A stretch of DNA of 64,000 nt from a bacterium (GCA_037139975.1 JBAXFJ010000002.1:90099-154098), one strand, 5' to 3'. Positions 9,220 through 20,666 are shown, numbered from the stretch's first letter. Program-made: numbers and translations. The notes: a model not told the origin generated them from the sequence alone.

Positions 9220-10275
9220 CTACAGCAATGCCAAAGTCATGCCGATAATCGCAGCCAGAACACTCACCACCCAATAGCGCATCACCACTTTGTATGAAGG
9301 CCAACCAATTGCTTCAAAGTTATGGTGCAGCGGTGCGATGCGAAATATTTTTTTGTGCAACACTTTCTTTCCAAAAATTTGAATAATGTTTGAAAACACG
9401 GTTACAACAAGCGGCAATGCGATGATGGGGAGCACGGCGACGCCCCGACCCCCTTCGTGTGCGTCAGTGAGAAAAGCTATCACCACCAGTGCAAGCGTCA
9501 GGCCCATGGTGCCAGTTTCAGAAAGATAGAAACGTGCAGGAGGAATGTTGAACCATAAGAAGGCAAGAAGGCCGCCCGAAATAGCTGCCGCAAGGGCTGA
9601 AATATCAAACTGATTTTGGAAAAACGCAACCCCTGCATACGCAGCAAAAATAGCCGCAAAAACACCGCCCGCAAGACCATCGATGCCATCTATCACGCCG
9701 CCCGCATAGATGAAAAGCGCTACCAGAACAAAAAACGGGATGAACCAGAAGCCCAGCTGTACTGGCGCTGACACAAAGGGAAAGGAGATGACGGAGACGC
9801 CCAATTTGGCATAAAACCACCATGCACACAAAAATGAAATACCACCCACCACACCAAGTCGCACACGAAGTTTGAGCCCGCCCCTGCCGCGCACCTCAAA
9901 CCAATCATCAAAAAAACCCGCCACCGCACCCGCCACCAGCGCCGCAAGCGGCACCCAGGTTTGTTCACGACTGATGAACGCAAGTGCCCCGAAGGCATGT
10001 GGGTATATTGCAGAAAGAAATGATAGGAGTCCCGCAGTTGTGAGCACGCTCCCCCACACTACAACACCTCCCAAGCGCGGTGTGCCAGTATCAGTGGCCC
10101 CGTGGAGCTGGTTAAACATTGCCGCAGGCGTGCCATCGAGCGCTAATTTGCCAGCTTTAGGCTTCCACATTTTGTATTTGTAGAGCACATGCGATACAAA
10201 CGGCGTGATGCCTACACCAATCAAAAAAGAGATGGTTGCCGGAACAAAGATGCGCAAAATGTTGATGGTTGTCAT
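9220..10275 (-). CDS. mraY: phospho-N-acetylmuramoyl-pentapeptide transferase
   Basis: Polytopic membrane protein with the 'GVIDGIDGLAGG' MraY/glycosyltransferase-4 motif. Context mraY-ftsW-murG. Confidence 0.85.
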   Translation of the reverse strand: MTTINILRIFVPATISFLIGVGITPFVSHVLYKYKMWKPKAGKLALDGTPAAMFNQLHGATDTGTPRLGGVVVWGSVLTTAGLLSFLSAIYPHAFGALAFISREQTWVPLAALVAGAVAGFFDDWFEVRGRGGLKLRVRLGVVGGISFLCAWWFYAKLGVSVISFPFVSAPVQLGFWFIPFFVLVALFIYAGGVIDGIDGLAGGVFAAIFAAYAGVAFFQNQFDISALAAAISGGLLAFLWFNIPPARFYLSETGTMGLTLALVVIAFLTDAHEGGRGVAVLPIIALPLVVTVFSNIIQIFGKKVLHKKIFRIAPLHHNFEAIGWPSYKVVMRYWVVSVLAAIIGMTLALL

Positions 10276-10289
10276 GGCGGTTGTATATA

Positions 10290-10856
10290 TTATGCTTTTT
10301 CGCGATACGTTGTTTCAAACGCAGTGAGTTTTTCGCGCACTGTAGCATAGTCGGGCAAGTCGCCCAGGTGCGTGATCCCGAGTGTTGCAAGCAGCTCGGT
10401 CGTTGGCTCATAGAGGAACGCGCGCGCATCTTTTGGATTTTCTACCCGACGCACGAGCCCGCGCATGGTGAGCGTACGGAGAATCTGCGACGAATTGACC
10501 CCGCGGATGAAGTCTATGTCGCTGCGCGACAGCGGCCCTTTGTAGAGCAGCGCGGCCAGCGTCTCTTGCCCCGCACGCCCGACCTCGCGAGTAAACTCTT
10601 CTTTGCGGATGCGTTCTATTGTCTCGGCTGCCTCGGGCGCTGCACGCAGCTCGAGCATTGTGCCATCATCAACCACAACCACACCAGAACCCGTGCGGGA
10701 GCCCAAAAGCTCCAGCGCGCTCTGGACGCCATCCTCCACAATACCAAGCATCCGGGCCAACTCGGCACGCGCAACAGGCTTTCCCAAAGAAAAAAGTATT
10801 GCTTCGATGTGTTGTGCAATTTGTTCGGTGTTCATATGGTCGTGTCTACTATGCAA
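10290..10856 (-). CDS. scpB: segregation and condensation protein B
   Basis: 'MNTEQIAQHIEAILFSLGKPVARAELARMLGI' ScpB winged-helix N-terminus. Abuts scpA. Confidence 0.85.
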   Translation of the reverse strand: MHSRHDHMNTEQIAQHIEAILFSLGKPVARAELARMLGIVEDGVQSALELLGSRTGSGVVVVDDGTMLELRAAPEAAETIERIRKEEFTREVGRAGQETLAALLYKGPLSRSDIDFIRGVNSSQILRTLTMRGLVRRVENPKDARAFLYEPTTELLATLGITHLGDLPDYATVREKLTAFETTYREKA

Positions 10857-10858
10857 AT

Positions 10859-11608
10859 TTAATACGCCGGCGTCGAGACAGAGTCTGCCTCGAGCACAAT
10901 GTCCCCAAAGTGGTCACTTTGGTTTGCTTTGATTATACCCTGCTTCACCAACTCTAGTAGTGCCAGAAAACTGACGATCATGGTGTGCTTCATCTCCTCT
11001 CTGGTCTGTATGGCTTCTGTGCCGGCAGTTGCCCTGTTAAAATCTTTAAAGGAAAGTTGGAAAGCGCTTGAAACGCGCGCAGCAAGCTGCTCGATCATCT
11101 CCTCAAGCGAAGCGATTTTTTTAACAGCAACTTTAGGCAGCGCAAGCGTCGTCGGGAAACCGTCGATGAGTGCTTTTGCTGCAGCGCGCAGTGAATCAAA
11201 CGTGATGCTCGAGTCAAAAAGATAGAGTGGCTCAGGCGCAGGAGCCGAGCCGTCATATAAATATGCGTGTTCGTGCGCGGCCTGCCGGACACCCTGCGCC
11301 GCATCTTTGATGATTTTATACAGTGCAAGACGATATTCGAGCTGTTGTATGTCGTTTGACTCTTCGTTTGAAAGCGTGAGCGTGGGCAGGAGCGAACGCG
11401 ACTTGATGAGCAAAAGTGTCGCCGCCAGCGAAACAAAGTCGGCCGTCTCCCCCACTGGCATCTCGTCCATCTGACCAATACGCGCGATGTATTCGTCGGT
11501 CACACTCGCAAGCGAAATATCGTTGATTAGGAGCTTTCTCTTTTCTATTAAATCGAGCAGCAAATCAAGCGGCCCTTCATAGACAGATGTTTTGACATTA
11601 ATTGGCAT
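10859..11608 (-). CDS. scpA: segregation and condensation protein A
   Basis: 'YEGPLDLLLDLIEKRKLLINDISLASVTDEY' ScpA kleisin N-terminus. Confidence 0.85.
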   Translation of the reverse strand: MPINVKTSVYEGPLDLLLDLIEKRKLLINDISLASVTDEYIARIGQMDEMPVGETADFVSLAATLLLIKSRSLLPTLTLSNEESNDIQQLEYRLALYKIIKDAAQGVRQAAHEHAYLYDGSAPAPEPLYLFDSSITFDSLRAAAKALIDGFPTTLALPKVAVKKIASLEEMIEQLAARVSSAFQLSFKDFNRATAGTEAIQTREEMKHTMIVSFLALLELVKQGIIKANQSDHFGDIVLEADSVSTPAY

Positions 11609-11731
11609 TGGTCTCAGCGAAAACAGAATAAGGTTGAAGGAGGCTTTCGAGTGCGTCGGCGCGAGAACTGAGAAAATTTATCAGCAAGAAATTTTCGTAC
11701 TCCTGAAGCCTTGATTCTGTTGAAGCTTCTC

Positions 11732-13213
11732 CTATTCTACTCCACTTTCAATAAACGCGAACAAGAAACGCACGGGAGCGCCGGCTGCACCCTTGGCCAA
11801 ATATTCATTAGCGTTGGAGACCATGCGCGGCGCCATGTCGATATGCACCCAAAGACAGTCTAGGTCTTTGGCAAATTCGCGCAGAAACATGCCGCCTGCG
11901 ATGACCCCGCCGTAGCGGCTGTTGCCATCGGTCGAGATGTTGGGCACGTCACCAAAATTGCCTTTGACCATCGCCTCGTACTCTTCCCATGCAGGGAACG
12001 GCCACATATGGTCGCCACTTTTCTCGCCCGCTTGGACAATGTCTAGAATTTTTCCTTCGTCGTTGGTCATGAACGCAGACGCTTCGGTGCCAAGGGCGAT
12101 AAGAGATGCACCAGTTAAAGTAGCAACATCAATCACGGCTTTTGGATTATATTTTTTGGCATAGGTGATGCCATCGGCCAAAATGACGCGCCCCTCGGCG
12201 TCGGTGTTGAGCACTTCAATAGTCTTGCCCGACATCGACTTAAGGATGTCACCGGGGCGCACGGCGTTTTGGCCCGGCATGTTCTCGACTGCGGGCACCA
12301 AACCAACAACATTTGCTTTGAGTTTAAGTTTAGCCGCAAGCGCGAGCGTATGGATGACTGCCGCGCCGCCCGACATGTCCATGTGCATCTCGTACATGTG
12401 GTCGCCTGGCTTCATATTGAGCCCACCAGAGTCAAACGTAACGCCTTTGCCCACCAAAACGACCGGCTTTTCAGATTTTGCTGCACCCCAATATTCCATC
12501 ACAATAAACTGCGGCTCAAGCGCCGAGCCTTTAGCGATTCCCAAGACGCCGCCCATGCCGAGCTTCTCGATTTCTTTCTGACCCAACACTTTTACACTTA
12601 ATTTGGAACCTGCCCCAGCTTCTTTTGCTGCTTTCTTTGCCGCCTCGGCCAAAACCTTTGGCGTCATGTGGCCGCCCGGGGTGTTGGAGAGTTCGCGGCA
12701 CGCGTTGACGCTCTGACCGATCATCTGCCCGCGCTGTGCTGCCCGCTCGATAGAAGGGCTCGATGCACCACACAGCGCGATCTCCTCGACTTCATGCCAA
12801 CCATCTTTTGGTTTGGTCTTAAACGTGTTGTGCTCGTAGCCCGCCATCTCGAACGCCTGTGCTGCACGTGAAGAAATGGCCTCGGGTGTAAGCTTTTGCA
12901 AACTCGCAAACAACTCAGGCGTCCTATCAAACTGAATGGCAATCTTTTTAATTTTCTGTTCCATCGCCGCGCGCACAATAGATCGGCACAGGAGCGTAAA
13001 CTTGCGATGCGCCTTTTCGTCTTGCTTCCCCCCTTTCTTATCTTTATTTGCTGACAGCAAAAATCCCGCACCAATTTCGAGGCTCAAAACCTCGCCGTCC
13101 TTCCCAACTTCACGCACAAACCGCTTCGTACCCCTCGCCTCTTCGGTCAGAACCACCCGCACATAGCCCTTTGGCACGCTTTCTAAAGTTTTATACGCAA
13201 AATTAAATTTCAT
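11732..13213 (-). CDS. pepA: leucyl aminopeptidase (M17 family)
   Basis: 'NTDAEGRVILADG' cytosol aminopeptidase signature, 493 aa. Confidence 0.9.
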   Translation of the reverse strand: MKFNFAYKTLESVPKGYVRVVLTEEARGTKRFVREVGKDGEVLSLEIGAGFLLSANKDKKGGKQDEKAHRKFTLLCRSIVRAAMEQKIKKIAIQFDRTPELFASLQKLTPEAISSRAAQAFEMAGYEHNTFKTKPKDGWHEVEEIALCGASSPSIERAAQRGQMIGQSVNACRELSNTPGGHMTPKVLAEAAKKAAKEAGAGSKLSVKVLGQKEIEKLGMGGVLGIAKGSALEPQFIVMEYWGAAKSEKPVVLVGKGVTFDSGGLNMKPGDHMYEMHMDMSGGAAVIHTLALAAKLKLKANVVGLVPAVENMPGQNAVRPGDILKSMSGKTIEVLNTDAEGRVILADGITYAKKYNPKAVIDVATLTGASLIALGTEASAFMTNDEGKILDIVQAGEKSGDHMWPFPAWEEYEAMVKGNFGDVPNISTDGNSRYGGVIAGGMFLREFAKDLDCLWVHIDMAPRMVSNANEYLAKGAAGAPVRFLFAFIESGVE

Positions 13214-13237
13214 ACTATGTTTTTTATTTTCTATATA

Positions 13238-14590
13238 CTATATTTTTTCGCCATCACCAGAAGAAAGCAGATGGTCGATGCGGTTCATGTCGCGAGGGAA
13301 GAGGGTTGCTTCACGGATGTTTTTGAGCTCGAGGATTTGCATCGTCATGCGCTCGGCGCCAAAGGCAAAGCCGCCTTCGGGTGGCGCGCCATAGCGAAAG
13401 GCTTCGAGGAACATCTCTATCTTCTTTGGGTCCATGTTCCATTCCTCTACATGCTTCATAAGCTGTGCGTAGTCGTTGATGCGGCGGCCGCCCGAGAGCC
13501 ACTCGCGCCCGCGGCACAGGAGGTCGACGCCTTCGTTAAACTCCGGCTTCTCGGGGTTTGGGTAAACATAAAAAGGCTTTTGGCGCGTTGGGTAGCCATA
13601 GACATAGACGAAGTCTGAGCCGGTCTCTGTTTTAATAATCTCGCAAATGTCCTGTTCGTCTTGCGAGCTTAAGTCTTTCTCGCCTATTACTTCACGCCCG
13701 GTCTTTGTTGCGATTTTTTCTTGCGCCTCGGTGAGCGAGAGCGTCGGTGTTTTCTCTATCATCACGGGGAGCGTTGCCTCGAGGAGTAGAAGCTCTTTGC
13801 TGCACTTTTGCTCAAGCTGGCCCAAAATATATCGCACGGTTTCTTCGGACATATTCTTTATGTCCTCCCACGAGTCGATAAAGCCCATCTCGGCGTCGAG
13901 TGAGACAAACTCGGTGATGTGGCGTGTGGTGGCGCTGGGCTCCGCGCGGAAGACTTTGTTGACCGAAAAGACTCGCTCAAACGCGGTCATGACGATTTGT
14001 TTATAGAGCTGGGGCGACTGGGTCAAATAGGCTTTCTTGTCAAAATATTCAACCTCAAACACTTCTGCGCCGCCCTCGGCCGAAGCCGGGGTAATGGCCG
14101 GCGCCTGGAATTCAAAAAAGTCTTGCGATTTCATATACTCGCGAAATGAGTCGATTATGACCGCTTGGACTTTAAAGATTGCTTGGAGGCGCGGGTGGCG
14201 CAGGGTGAGCGCGCGGTGGTCGAGCTCGGTGGTCAAGTCGAGATTGTAACCGCTTTCGGACATATCAAACGGCAGCGGTTCAGCTTTGGCGAGTACCTCT
14301 ATCCCAGTAACTTCAAGCTCGATGTCGCCGTTTTGTACCTTCTCATTTCGATTTTTCTCGGGGCGCTCGTTGACCTTGCCCTCGACCGCCACCACATACT
14401 CGTGGCGGATTTCTTTGGCGGTTTCGATAGCTTCGCTCGCAGGGAGCGTCACGCCTTGCACGCTTCCTGAGCGGTCGCGAAAATCAAAAAACACCATCTT
14501 ACCCTGGTCGCGGCGGACAGACACCCAACCTTTGATTAAGACAGTCTCGCCAACTTTTGCACTCAAATCTTTAATCAGTGTTCGTTGCAT
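13238..14590 (-). CDS. aspS: aspartate--tRNA ligase, short archaeal/eukaryal-type class IIb (possibly non-discriminating)
   Basis: N-terminal OB fold, motif 2 'FRAEPSATTRHITEF', and 'QSPQLYKQ', which matches AspRS (AsnRS has SGQL). 450 aa. Confidence 0.7.
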   Translation of the reverse strand: MQRTLIKDLSAKVGETVLIKGWVSVRRDQGKMVFFDFRDRSGSVQGVTLPASEAIETAKEIRHEYVVAVEGKVNERPEKNRNEKVQNGDIELEVTGIEVLAKAEPLPFDMSESGYNLDLTTELDHRALTLRHPRLQAIFKVQAVIIDSFREYMKSQDFFEFQAPAITPASAEGGAEVFEVEYFDKKAYLTQSPQLYKQIVMTAFERVFSVNKVFRAEPSATTRHITEFVSLDAEMGFIDSWEDIKNMSEETVRYILGQLEQKCSKELLLLEATLPVMIEKTPTLSLTEAQEKIATKTGREVIGEKDLSSQDEQDICEIIKTETGSDFVYVYGYPTRQKPFYVYPNPEKPEFNEGVDLLCRGREWLSGGRRINDYAQLMKHVEEWNMDPKKIEMFLEAFRYGAPPEGGFAFGAERMTMQILELKNIREATLFPRDMNRIDHLLSSGDGEKI

Positions 14591-14602
14591 ATATAAAATA
14601 AA

Positions 14603-15559
14603 TTAGAGTGTTACGCCTACTTTCTTTCGCACCTCCTCCATCTTTTTGGAAGCAATTGCGCGCGCCTTGTCGCTCCCCTCTTTGATAACCCGGACCACCT
14701 CTTCGTCTGTGATTGCTTCGCGCTTTGCGCGCATCGGGCCAATAAATGCCTCCAGATCTTCTATCAACGCTTCTTTCAGATCTTTATATTTGCCCTTCTT
14801 TTCTTCATAGAGCATGTCTAATTCTGCCTCAGGTTTTAAGAGCTTATGAATCGCGTAGACATTCTCGGGGCGCTCGCCCGAAGAGTCCGTCACGATGCTC
14901 ATCACTGCTTTTGTAATCTCCTCTTTGGTTCCAAAGAGCGGGATAATATTGCCGCGACTTTTACTCATTTTGCTACCATCCGTGCCAGGAACTATCGCAA
15001 CGCCCGATTGAATCTTTTCTTTTGGTTCAATAAAAGTCTGACCATAGGTGTTGTTGAACTTCGCTGCGGCTTCACGCGCATACTCCACATGTTGGCGTTG
15101 GTCTTCGCCAACGGGGACGATTACCGTGTCATACAACAAAATATCTGCTGCCATAAGCATCGGGTAGGTAAACAATCCAGCGTTCGCTTCCAAGCCTTTC
15201 GCCACCTTATCTTTGTAGGCGTGACCGAGTTCAAGGAACGGCACGGTCACCAGGCAGTCAAAAACCCAAGCCAGTTCTGTATGCTCTTGTACCTGCGACT
15301 GTTGGAAGATCACCGCCTTAGTTGGATCGACGTCCACGGCCAGGTAGTCGCGCACGGTGTTAAAAATACTTTCGCGCACCAGCTTTGGGTCTTTGAGCGA
15401 AGTGAGCGCATGATAGTCGGCTATCATCAAAAAGCTTTCGTACTCCTGATACAAATCTAAAAAAGGCTTGAGCGCGCCAAAGTAGTTGCCAATATGCAGA
15501 GTCCCGCTTGACTGCAGACCCGTCAAAAGCCGCTTCTTTTCCTGTTCCATAAATCCCAC
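14603..15559 (-). CDS. trpS: tryptophan--tRNA ligase
   Basis: HIGH motif 'GTLHIGNYFGAL', 'KMSKSRGN' KMSKS motif, 318 aa. Confidence 0.9.
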   Translation of the reverse strand: MGFMEQEKKRLLTGLQSSGTLHIGNYFGALKPFLDLYQEYESFLMIADYHALTSLKDPKLVRESIFNTVRDYLAVDVDPTKAVIFQQSQVQEHTELAWVFDCLVTVPFLELGHAYKDKVAKGLEANAGLFTYPMLMAADILLYDTVIVPVGEDQRQHVEYAREAAAKFNNTYGQTFIEPKEKIQSGVAIVPGTDGSKMSKSRGNIIPLFGTKEEITKAVMSIVTDSSGERPENVYAIHKLLKPEAELDMLYEEKKGKYKDLKEALIEDLEAFIGPMRAKREAITDEEVVRVIKEGSDKARAIASKKMEEVRKKVGVTL

Positions 15560-15592
15560 TATAGCAGAAAAGGCTTGTTTTAAAAACTAGTT

Positions 15593-16690
15593 TTATACCC
15601 CCTCTTCTTTGAGTTTTTCTATGAGCGCTTTGGCTGAACGAGAGAGTTTGGTCGGTAGGGTGATTTTGATGCGCACAAACAGGTCGCCGCGCTTGCCGCG
15701 TGCGCTGGGCACGCCGCGTCCGCGGACGCGCAAGAGCTCACCGTGCGTGATACCGGCTGGGACAGAAATTTGTTCATCGCCATCGAGGGTGGCAAGAGTG
15801 TATTCGGCGCCAAGCAACGCATCCGAAAGTTTTATTGAAAGCTCCACAACAAGGTTCATCCCCTCTTTTTTAAATCGTGGGTCAGGGCGAATGTGGACTT
15901 TTACATACAGGTCGCCCGGATTGCCGCCCTGCACTGCCTCACCACCTCCAGCCAGGCGGATCATTTCACCCACCTCAATGCCCGCGGGCACTACAATTTC
16001 CACTTCCTCCTGCTTGCGATAGACGCCATCGCCACGACAAGTATGACATTTTTCTTTTGGTATTTTGCCGCTCGCGTGGCAGTGGCGGCAGGGGCTCTGC
16101 ATCGAAATGTTACCGAAAAACGAATTGCTGGTCTCATGGATTTTGCCCGAGCCGTTGCAGTGCTTGCAGGTCTCGAGTTCGGTTCCAGGCGCCGCGCCCG
16201 AACCGTGGCAGGTGTCGCATTGAGCCACCTTGGCAAGCAACACAGTGCGCGTTACGCCGAAAATTGATTCTTTGAAAGAAAGCTCAAGGTCGATGGACAT
16301 ATCGCGACCACGCGCAGCACGTCCACCAGCCTGGCCCGAGAAGAAGTCACTAAACACATCGCCAAAGTCAAACGAAAATCCATTCCCCTGCTGAAATGCG
16401 TCTTGAAACTGCGAGAAGTCAAAGCCCGCGGCCCCAAAACCACCCGCGCCTTGTGCGCCCGGACCCGCACCTTCGGAAAATACGCGACCATAGGAGTCAT
16501 ACTCGGCGCGCTTTTTGTCGTCAGAGAGGATGCTGTAGGCCTCGCTCGCTTCTTTAAATTTCTCGGCATCGCCGGTGCTTTTGTCGGGGTGGAACTTGTG
16601 AGCAAGTTTATGAAAGGCTTTTTTGATCTCCTCTTTCGAAGCTCCTTTAGCTATCCCCAAGACTTCGTAGTAACTTCTTTTTTCAGCCAT
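15593..16690 (-). CDS. dnaJ: molecular chaperone DnaJ
   Basis: J-domain '[12 protein letters not shown]...HKFHPDK', G/F-rich linker and four CxxCxGxG zinc-finger repeats. Confidence 0.92.
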   Translation of the reverse strand: MAEKRSYYEVLGIAKGASKEEIKKAFHKLAHKFHPDKSTGDAEKFKEASEAYSILSDDKKRAEYDSYGRVFSEGAGPGAQGAGGFGAAGFDFSQFQDAFQQGNGFSFDFGDVFSDFFSGQAGGRAARGRDMSIDLELSFKESIFGVTRTVLLAKVAQCDTCHGSGAAPGTELETCKHCNGSGKIHETSNSFFGNISMQSPCRHCHASGKIPKEKCHTCRGDGVYRKQEEVEIVVPAGIEVGEMIRLAGGGEAVQGGNPGDLYVKVHIRPDPRFKKEGMNLVVELSIKLSDALLGAEYTLATLDGDEQISVPAGITHGELLRVRGRGVPSARGKRGDLFVRIKITLPTKLSRSAKALIEKLKEEGV

Positions 16691-16710
16691 ATCTTATATT
16701 CTATTCTACT

Positions 16711-18540
16711 TCATTCCCCCTGCTCTGCAAGGCCACTCTCATCTGGTTCTGTATCGGCGATGAAACCACCCGCCTGGATGCTCCACAACTTGTGATAGAG
16801 GCCGCCGTGTGCAAGCAGTTCGTCGTGAGTGCCACTTGCTACCACGCGACCACCCTCAAGCACCACAATCCGGTCCATCTTCATAATGGTCGAGAGTCGG
16901 TGTGCAATCACAATCACTGTTTTGCCTTGCATGAGTGTTGCAAGCGCGTCTTGTATGAGTGATTCGGATTCAGAATCGAGGCTAGATGTTGCTTCGTCAA
17001 GCACCAAAATAGGTGAATTTTTAAGAATGGCTCTTGCAATAGCGACCCGCTGTCGCTCGCCACCCGAGAGTTTGATGCCGCGCTCGCCCACAAAAGTCTC
17101 ATAGCCTTCAGCCAAGCCTGAAATAAACTCATGGCAGTGGGCTTTCTTGGCAGCTTCCAAAACTTCAGCATCAGTTGCATCACGTTTGCCATAGCGAATG
17201 TTGTCCATCAGCGTACGGTGGAAAAGCACGGGCTCTTGTGGGACAAAAGAAATGGCATTGCGCAGGCTCTCTTGCGTGACTTTGGCGATATTTTGCCCAT
17301 CGATTTCAATTGCGCCACTCCCCACGTCAAACAGCCTGAGCAAAAGTTTGGTAATCGTTGACTTCCCCGCGCCTGATGGGCCAACCAAGGCAACCCTCTC
17401 GCCACCCACAACCTTCAAATCAAAATGCTCCAAAATTTTCTTTTCTGAGTGAAAATTAAACCCAACATCCCTAAACACAATCTCCCCTGTCGCAACCTTG
17501 AGCTTCTTTGCCTTCGCAACATCTTGAATTTCATGTGGCAATTCAAGAATGGCAACCATTTCACCTCCGTCTGCAAGCGCACTAAAAAATCCTCGCAACT
17601 CACGATTAATAGATATCAGTCGGTCAAAAGTAGTCATCAAATATGCTTGGATCAAGACAAAATCTCCTATCGTGAGCAATCCTAGTTGCCAATAGTGTAT
17701 CGCAATGTACAAAAGGGCGGTTTCTATGACCACCATAAAGAATCCTATTCCTGTCCAGATCCACCCATCAGCAACCCACAGCGCGGCAGTGAGTTTGCGC
17801 CAGTCGTTGACCACGGTGGTAAAAATTTTTCGCTCAAATTCTCCTGCCGCAAAAAGTGCAATCGTAGATTGATTACCAATAGCATCAGCTAATGTTGCAG
17901 TTACTCTAGTATCAGCCTCAGACGCTGCGATGCGATAGTGCTGTCGCCAGCGAGCCATTACAACTTGAAACCAAATAAAAGCGATTGACCCAATCGCAAG
18001 CGCAATTCCAAGAGCGGGATGACGTAGATAAAGGACTACAATAGCACCAAGCACAAACAGAAACGTCGCAAAGAACTGAAAAATCATTGCATCAGCAAGC
18101 CGCTCGAACGAGCGTGAAAACTTGCTAACTTTGTGTGTGATAGAGCCTGCAAAGTTTGATGTAAAAAAATTGTAAGAGTGATCAAGCAAATAATTAAACG
18201 CCGACTCACTCAAGTCACGCATGGCGTACGTTTCAAAACGCATGACTGCCCATTCCTGCAAGCGCCTCATCGCCCACTCAAACAACCAAAGCGCTGTAAC
18301 TACAGCCAATATAGAAATAAGTTTAGATGCGGTTTGAGCGTCGGGCTTACTGACCGCAAGCAAATTGAAAAACTGCTTCAAATATAAAGGCGCAGCAAGC
18401 ATACCCACTTGTATGAGAGCAGATCCAAGAAGAGCCAAAACCAGACTTAAGCGATACTTTTTTGCATGTTGCCAATACACACGTAAAATAGCCCCAGTGC
18501 CGGGCATTTTCTTTTCTTTTTTATCGTTATGCACAGTCAT
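16711..18540 (-). CDS. ABC exporter, fused permease/ATPase (MsbA-like), between dnaK and dnaJ
   Basis: Six N-terminal TM helices, Walker A 'GPSGAGKST', signature 'LSGGERQRVAIARA', Walker B 'ILVLDEATS'. Confidence 0.88.
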   Translation of the reverse strand: MTVHNDKKEKKMPGTGAILRVYWQHAKKYRLSLVLALLGSALIQVGMLAAPLYLKQFFNLLAVSKPDAQTASKLISILAVVTALWLFEWAMRRLQEWAVMRFETYAMRDLSESAFNYLLDHSYNFFTSNFAGSITHKVSKFSRSFERLADAMIFQFFATFLFVLGAIVVLYLRHPALGIALAIGSIAFIWFQVVMARWRQHYRIAASEADTRVTATLADAIGNQSTIALFAAGEFERKIFTTVVNDWRKLTAALWVADGWIWTGIGFFMVVIETALLYIAIHYWQLGLLTIGDFVLIQAYLMTTFDRLISINRELRGFFSALADGGEMVAILELPHEIQDVAKAKKLKVATGEIVFRDVGFNFHSEKKILEHFDLKVVGGERVALVGPSGAGKSTITKLLLRLFDVGSGAIEIDGQNIAKVTQESLRNAISFVPQEPVLFHRTLMDNIRYGKRDATDAEVLEAAKKAHCHEFISGLAEGYETFVGERGIKLSGGERQRVAIARAILKNSPILVLDEATSSLDSESESLIQDALATLMQGKTVIVIAHRLSTIMKMDRIVVLEGGRVVASGTHDELLAHGGLYHKLWSIQAGGFIADTEPDESGLAEQGE

Positions 18541-18743
18541 GTCTTGCTACCATAGCACAAAAGCCCATTGCGTGGTATTTTACGGGCAGCCGCACACGTG
18601 CCGTTTCTAGTCTGTTCTGCAAACCCAGCGGCTAAGGGAGAGAAACGATGTTTCGCATGTTGGTTCTGGCGGCGATACTTGCTTCGCCGTTTGTGTTTAT
18701 TTTGTTGGCGGGTTTGTCGCCCGACATGTCACAAGGAGGATAG

Positions 18744-20666
18744 CTACGCCGTAGGTGGCACTTCGGTCTCCGGCGAAGTCTCGGTTTGTGTATCTGATCC
18801 TGCAGCATCTTGCTGCGGGGTCTCTTTTTTATCTTCTGTTGTTGAGGCGCTTGCTTTCTGTACAGCTTCATACACTTTTGAAAGCTCTTTAGAGAGGTCT
18901 TCGGTCGCGGTTTTTATCTCAGCCGCATTCTCTGAAGCCTTCTTTGCTTCAAGTGCAGTTACTTTTTCTTTAATAGCCATTTCAAGCTCGGCAGGGATTT
19001 TACCCGCGTTGTCGGCAATCGCCTTGTTCGCCGCATACACTGCTTGCTCAGCGAGGTTGCGGGCTTCGACCAACTCGACTTTTTGTTTATCGCTATCAGC
19101 ATTTTCTTCGGCCTCTTTGCGCATGCGTTCAATGTCTTGATCCGAGAGGCCCGAAGACGCCTCTATGCGGATGGACTGTTCCTTGCCTGTTGTTTTTTCT
19201 TTTGCTTTGACTGAGAGGATGCCGTTGGCGTCAACATCAAACGTCACTTCCACTTGCGGAAGCCCACGCGGCGCCGGTGGGATGCCTTCAAGCACAAAGT
19301 TGCCCAAGAGTTTGTTGTCGGCAGCCATCGCACGTTCGCCTTGGGTGATTTTGATATCCACTGACGACTGATTATCTGTTGCGGTCGAGAAAACCTGTGA
19401 GCGGCTGGTGGGAATGGTCGTGTTGCGCTCTATGAGCTTGGTCGCTACGCCGCCCATGGTTTCGATGCCGAGGCTCAACGGGATAACATCAAGCAAAAGC
19501 ACATCGCGGACCTCGCCACTAAGGATGCCACCTTGGATTGCCGCACCAATGGCAACCACCTCGTCGGGGTTCACCGACATGTTAGCCTTCTTGCCAAAGA
19601 ATGCCTCCACCGCAGCCTGGAGCGCAGGCATGCGCGTCTGTCCGCCCACAAGAATGATCTCTTGGATGTCCCCCACCTTGAACGGCGACGCTTCCATCGC
19701 GCGTTTGGTGATGGCCATCGCACGGTCGATAAACTCACTTGAGAGTTCTTCCAATTTTGCGCGCGTCATCTTGAGCAGCAAGTGACGTGGACCCGAAGCG
19801 TCTGAGGTAATGAACGGGATGTTGATTTCGGTCTCCAAGGCAGTCGAGAGTTCTATCTTGGCCTTCTCTGCGGCTTCGTCGAGGCGTTGGCGAGCTAAAG
19901 GGTCTTGGCGCACGTCGATTCCGCTTTCTTTTTGATATTCAGTTGCGATCCAATCAATAATCTTTTGATCAATGTCTTTGCCGCCCAGGTGTGCGTCGCC
20001 ATCGGTAGCGCGCACCTCTATAGAGCCTTCACCTTCAGTCCCCATGGTCACCTCCAAGACCGAGATATCAAAAGTGCCACCACCAAAGTCAAAGACCACC
20101 ACTTTTTCATCTTTTTTCTTGTCGAAACCATAGGCAAGCGCCGCTGCAGTTGGTTCGTTGATGATGCGCTTGACATCAAGCCCCGCTATCTTTCCTGCGT
20201 CCCGTGTTGCCGCTCTTTGGGCATCATTGAAGTATGCAGGCACGGTGATGACTGCTTCGGTAATGGGTTCACCCAGGCGCTTTTCAGCATCAGCTTTGAG
20301 CTTGCCCAGGATCATTGCCGAGACTTCTTCGGAACGGAACCAGGAGTCCCCCATCTGCACCTCAATGCCGCCATTTTGAGACTTGCGCATCTCGAACGGC
20401 ACCGCCGCTTTGTCTTTCTGCACCAACGGCTCATCGAAATTGTGGCCAATGAAGCGCTTTATTTGGTAGATTGTGTTTTTTGGATTAGTCACCCCTTGTC
20501 TGCGAGCAATCAAACCAACCACACGCTCGCCGGTCTTTGAAGTTGCAACAATAGACGGGGTTGTGCGTGCACCTTCGGCGTTTTCAAGAATCTGCGGCTC
20601 ACCGCCACGCATGATGGCTGCTGCCGAGTTTGTGGTGCCCAAATCGATTCCAAGTATCTTTCCCAT
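18744..20666 (-). CDS. dnaK: molecular chaperone DnaK (Hsp70)
   Basis: '[14 protein letters not shown]' and '[13 protein letters not shown]' Hsp70 signatures, 640 aa. Confidence 0.95.
   Translation of the reverse strand: MGKILGIDLGTTNSAAAIMRGGEPQILENAEGARTTPSIVATSKTGERVVGLIARRQGVTNPKNTIYQIKRFIGHNFDEPLVQKDKAAVPFEMRKSQNGGIEVQMGDSWFRSEEVSAMILGKLKADAEKRLGEPITEAVITVPAYFNDAQRAATRDAGKIAGLDVKRIINEPTAAALAYGFDKKKDEKVVVFDFGGGTFDISVLEVTMGTEGEGSIEVRATDGDAHLGGKDIDQKIIDWIATEYQKESGIDVRQDPLARQRLDEAAEKAKIELSTALETEINIPFITSDASGPRHLLLKMTRAKLEELSSEFIDRAMAITKRAMEASPFKVGDIQEIILVGGQTRMPALQAAVEAFFGKKANMSVNPDEVVAIGAAIQGGILSGEVRDVLLLDVIPLSLGIETMGGVATKLIERNTTIPTSRSQVFSTATDNQSSVDIKITQGERAMAADNKLLGNFVLEGIPPAPRGLPQVEVTFDVDANGILSVKAKEKTTGKEQSIRIEASSGLSDQDIERMRKEAEENADSDKQKVELVEARNLAEQAVYAANKAIADNAGKIPAELEMAIKEKVTALEAKKASENAAEIKTATEDLSKELSKVYEAVQKASASTTEDKKETPQQDAAGSDTQTETSPETEVPPTA

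Noticed and set aside
18632-18871. 79-aa minus-strand ORF overlapping the dnaK 3' end and the dnaK-ABC spacer
   Set aside because: It overlaps dnaK in another frame, has no motif and a noise-like composition. Other antisense or out-of-frame ORFs in the track inside dnaK, uvrA, uvrB, alaS and elsewhere were rejected for the same reason.
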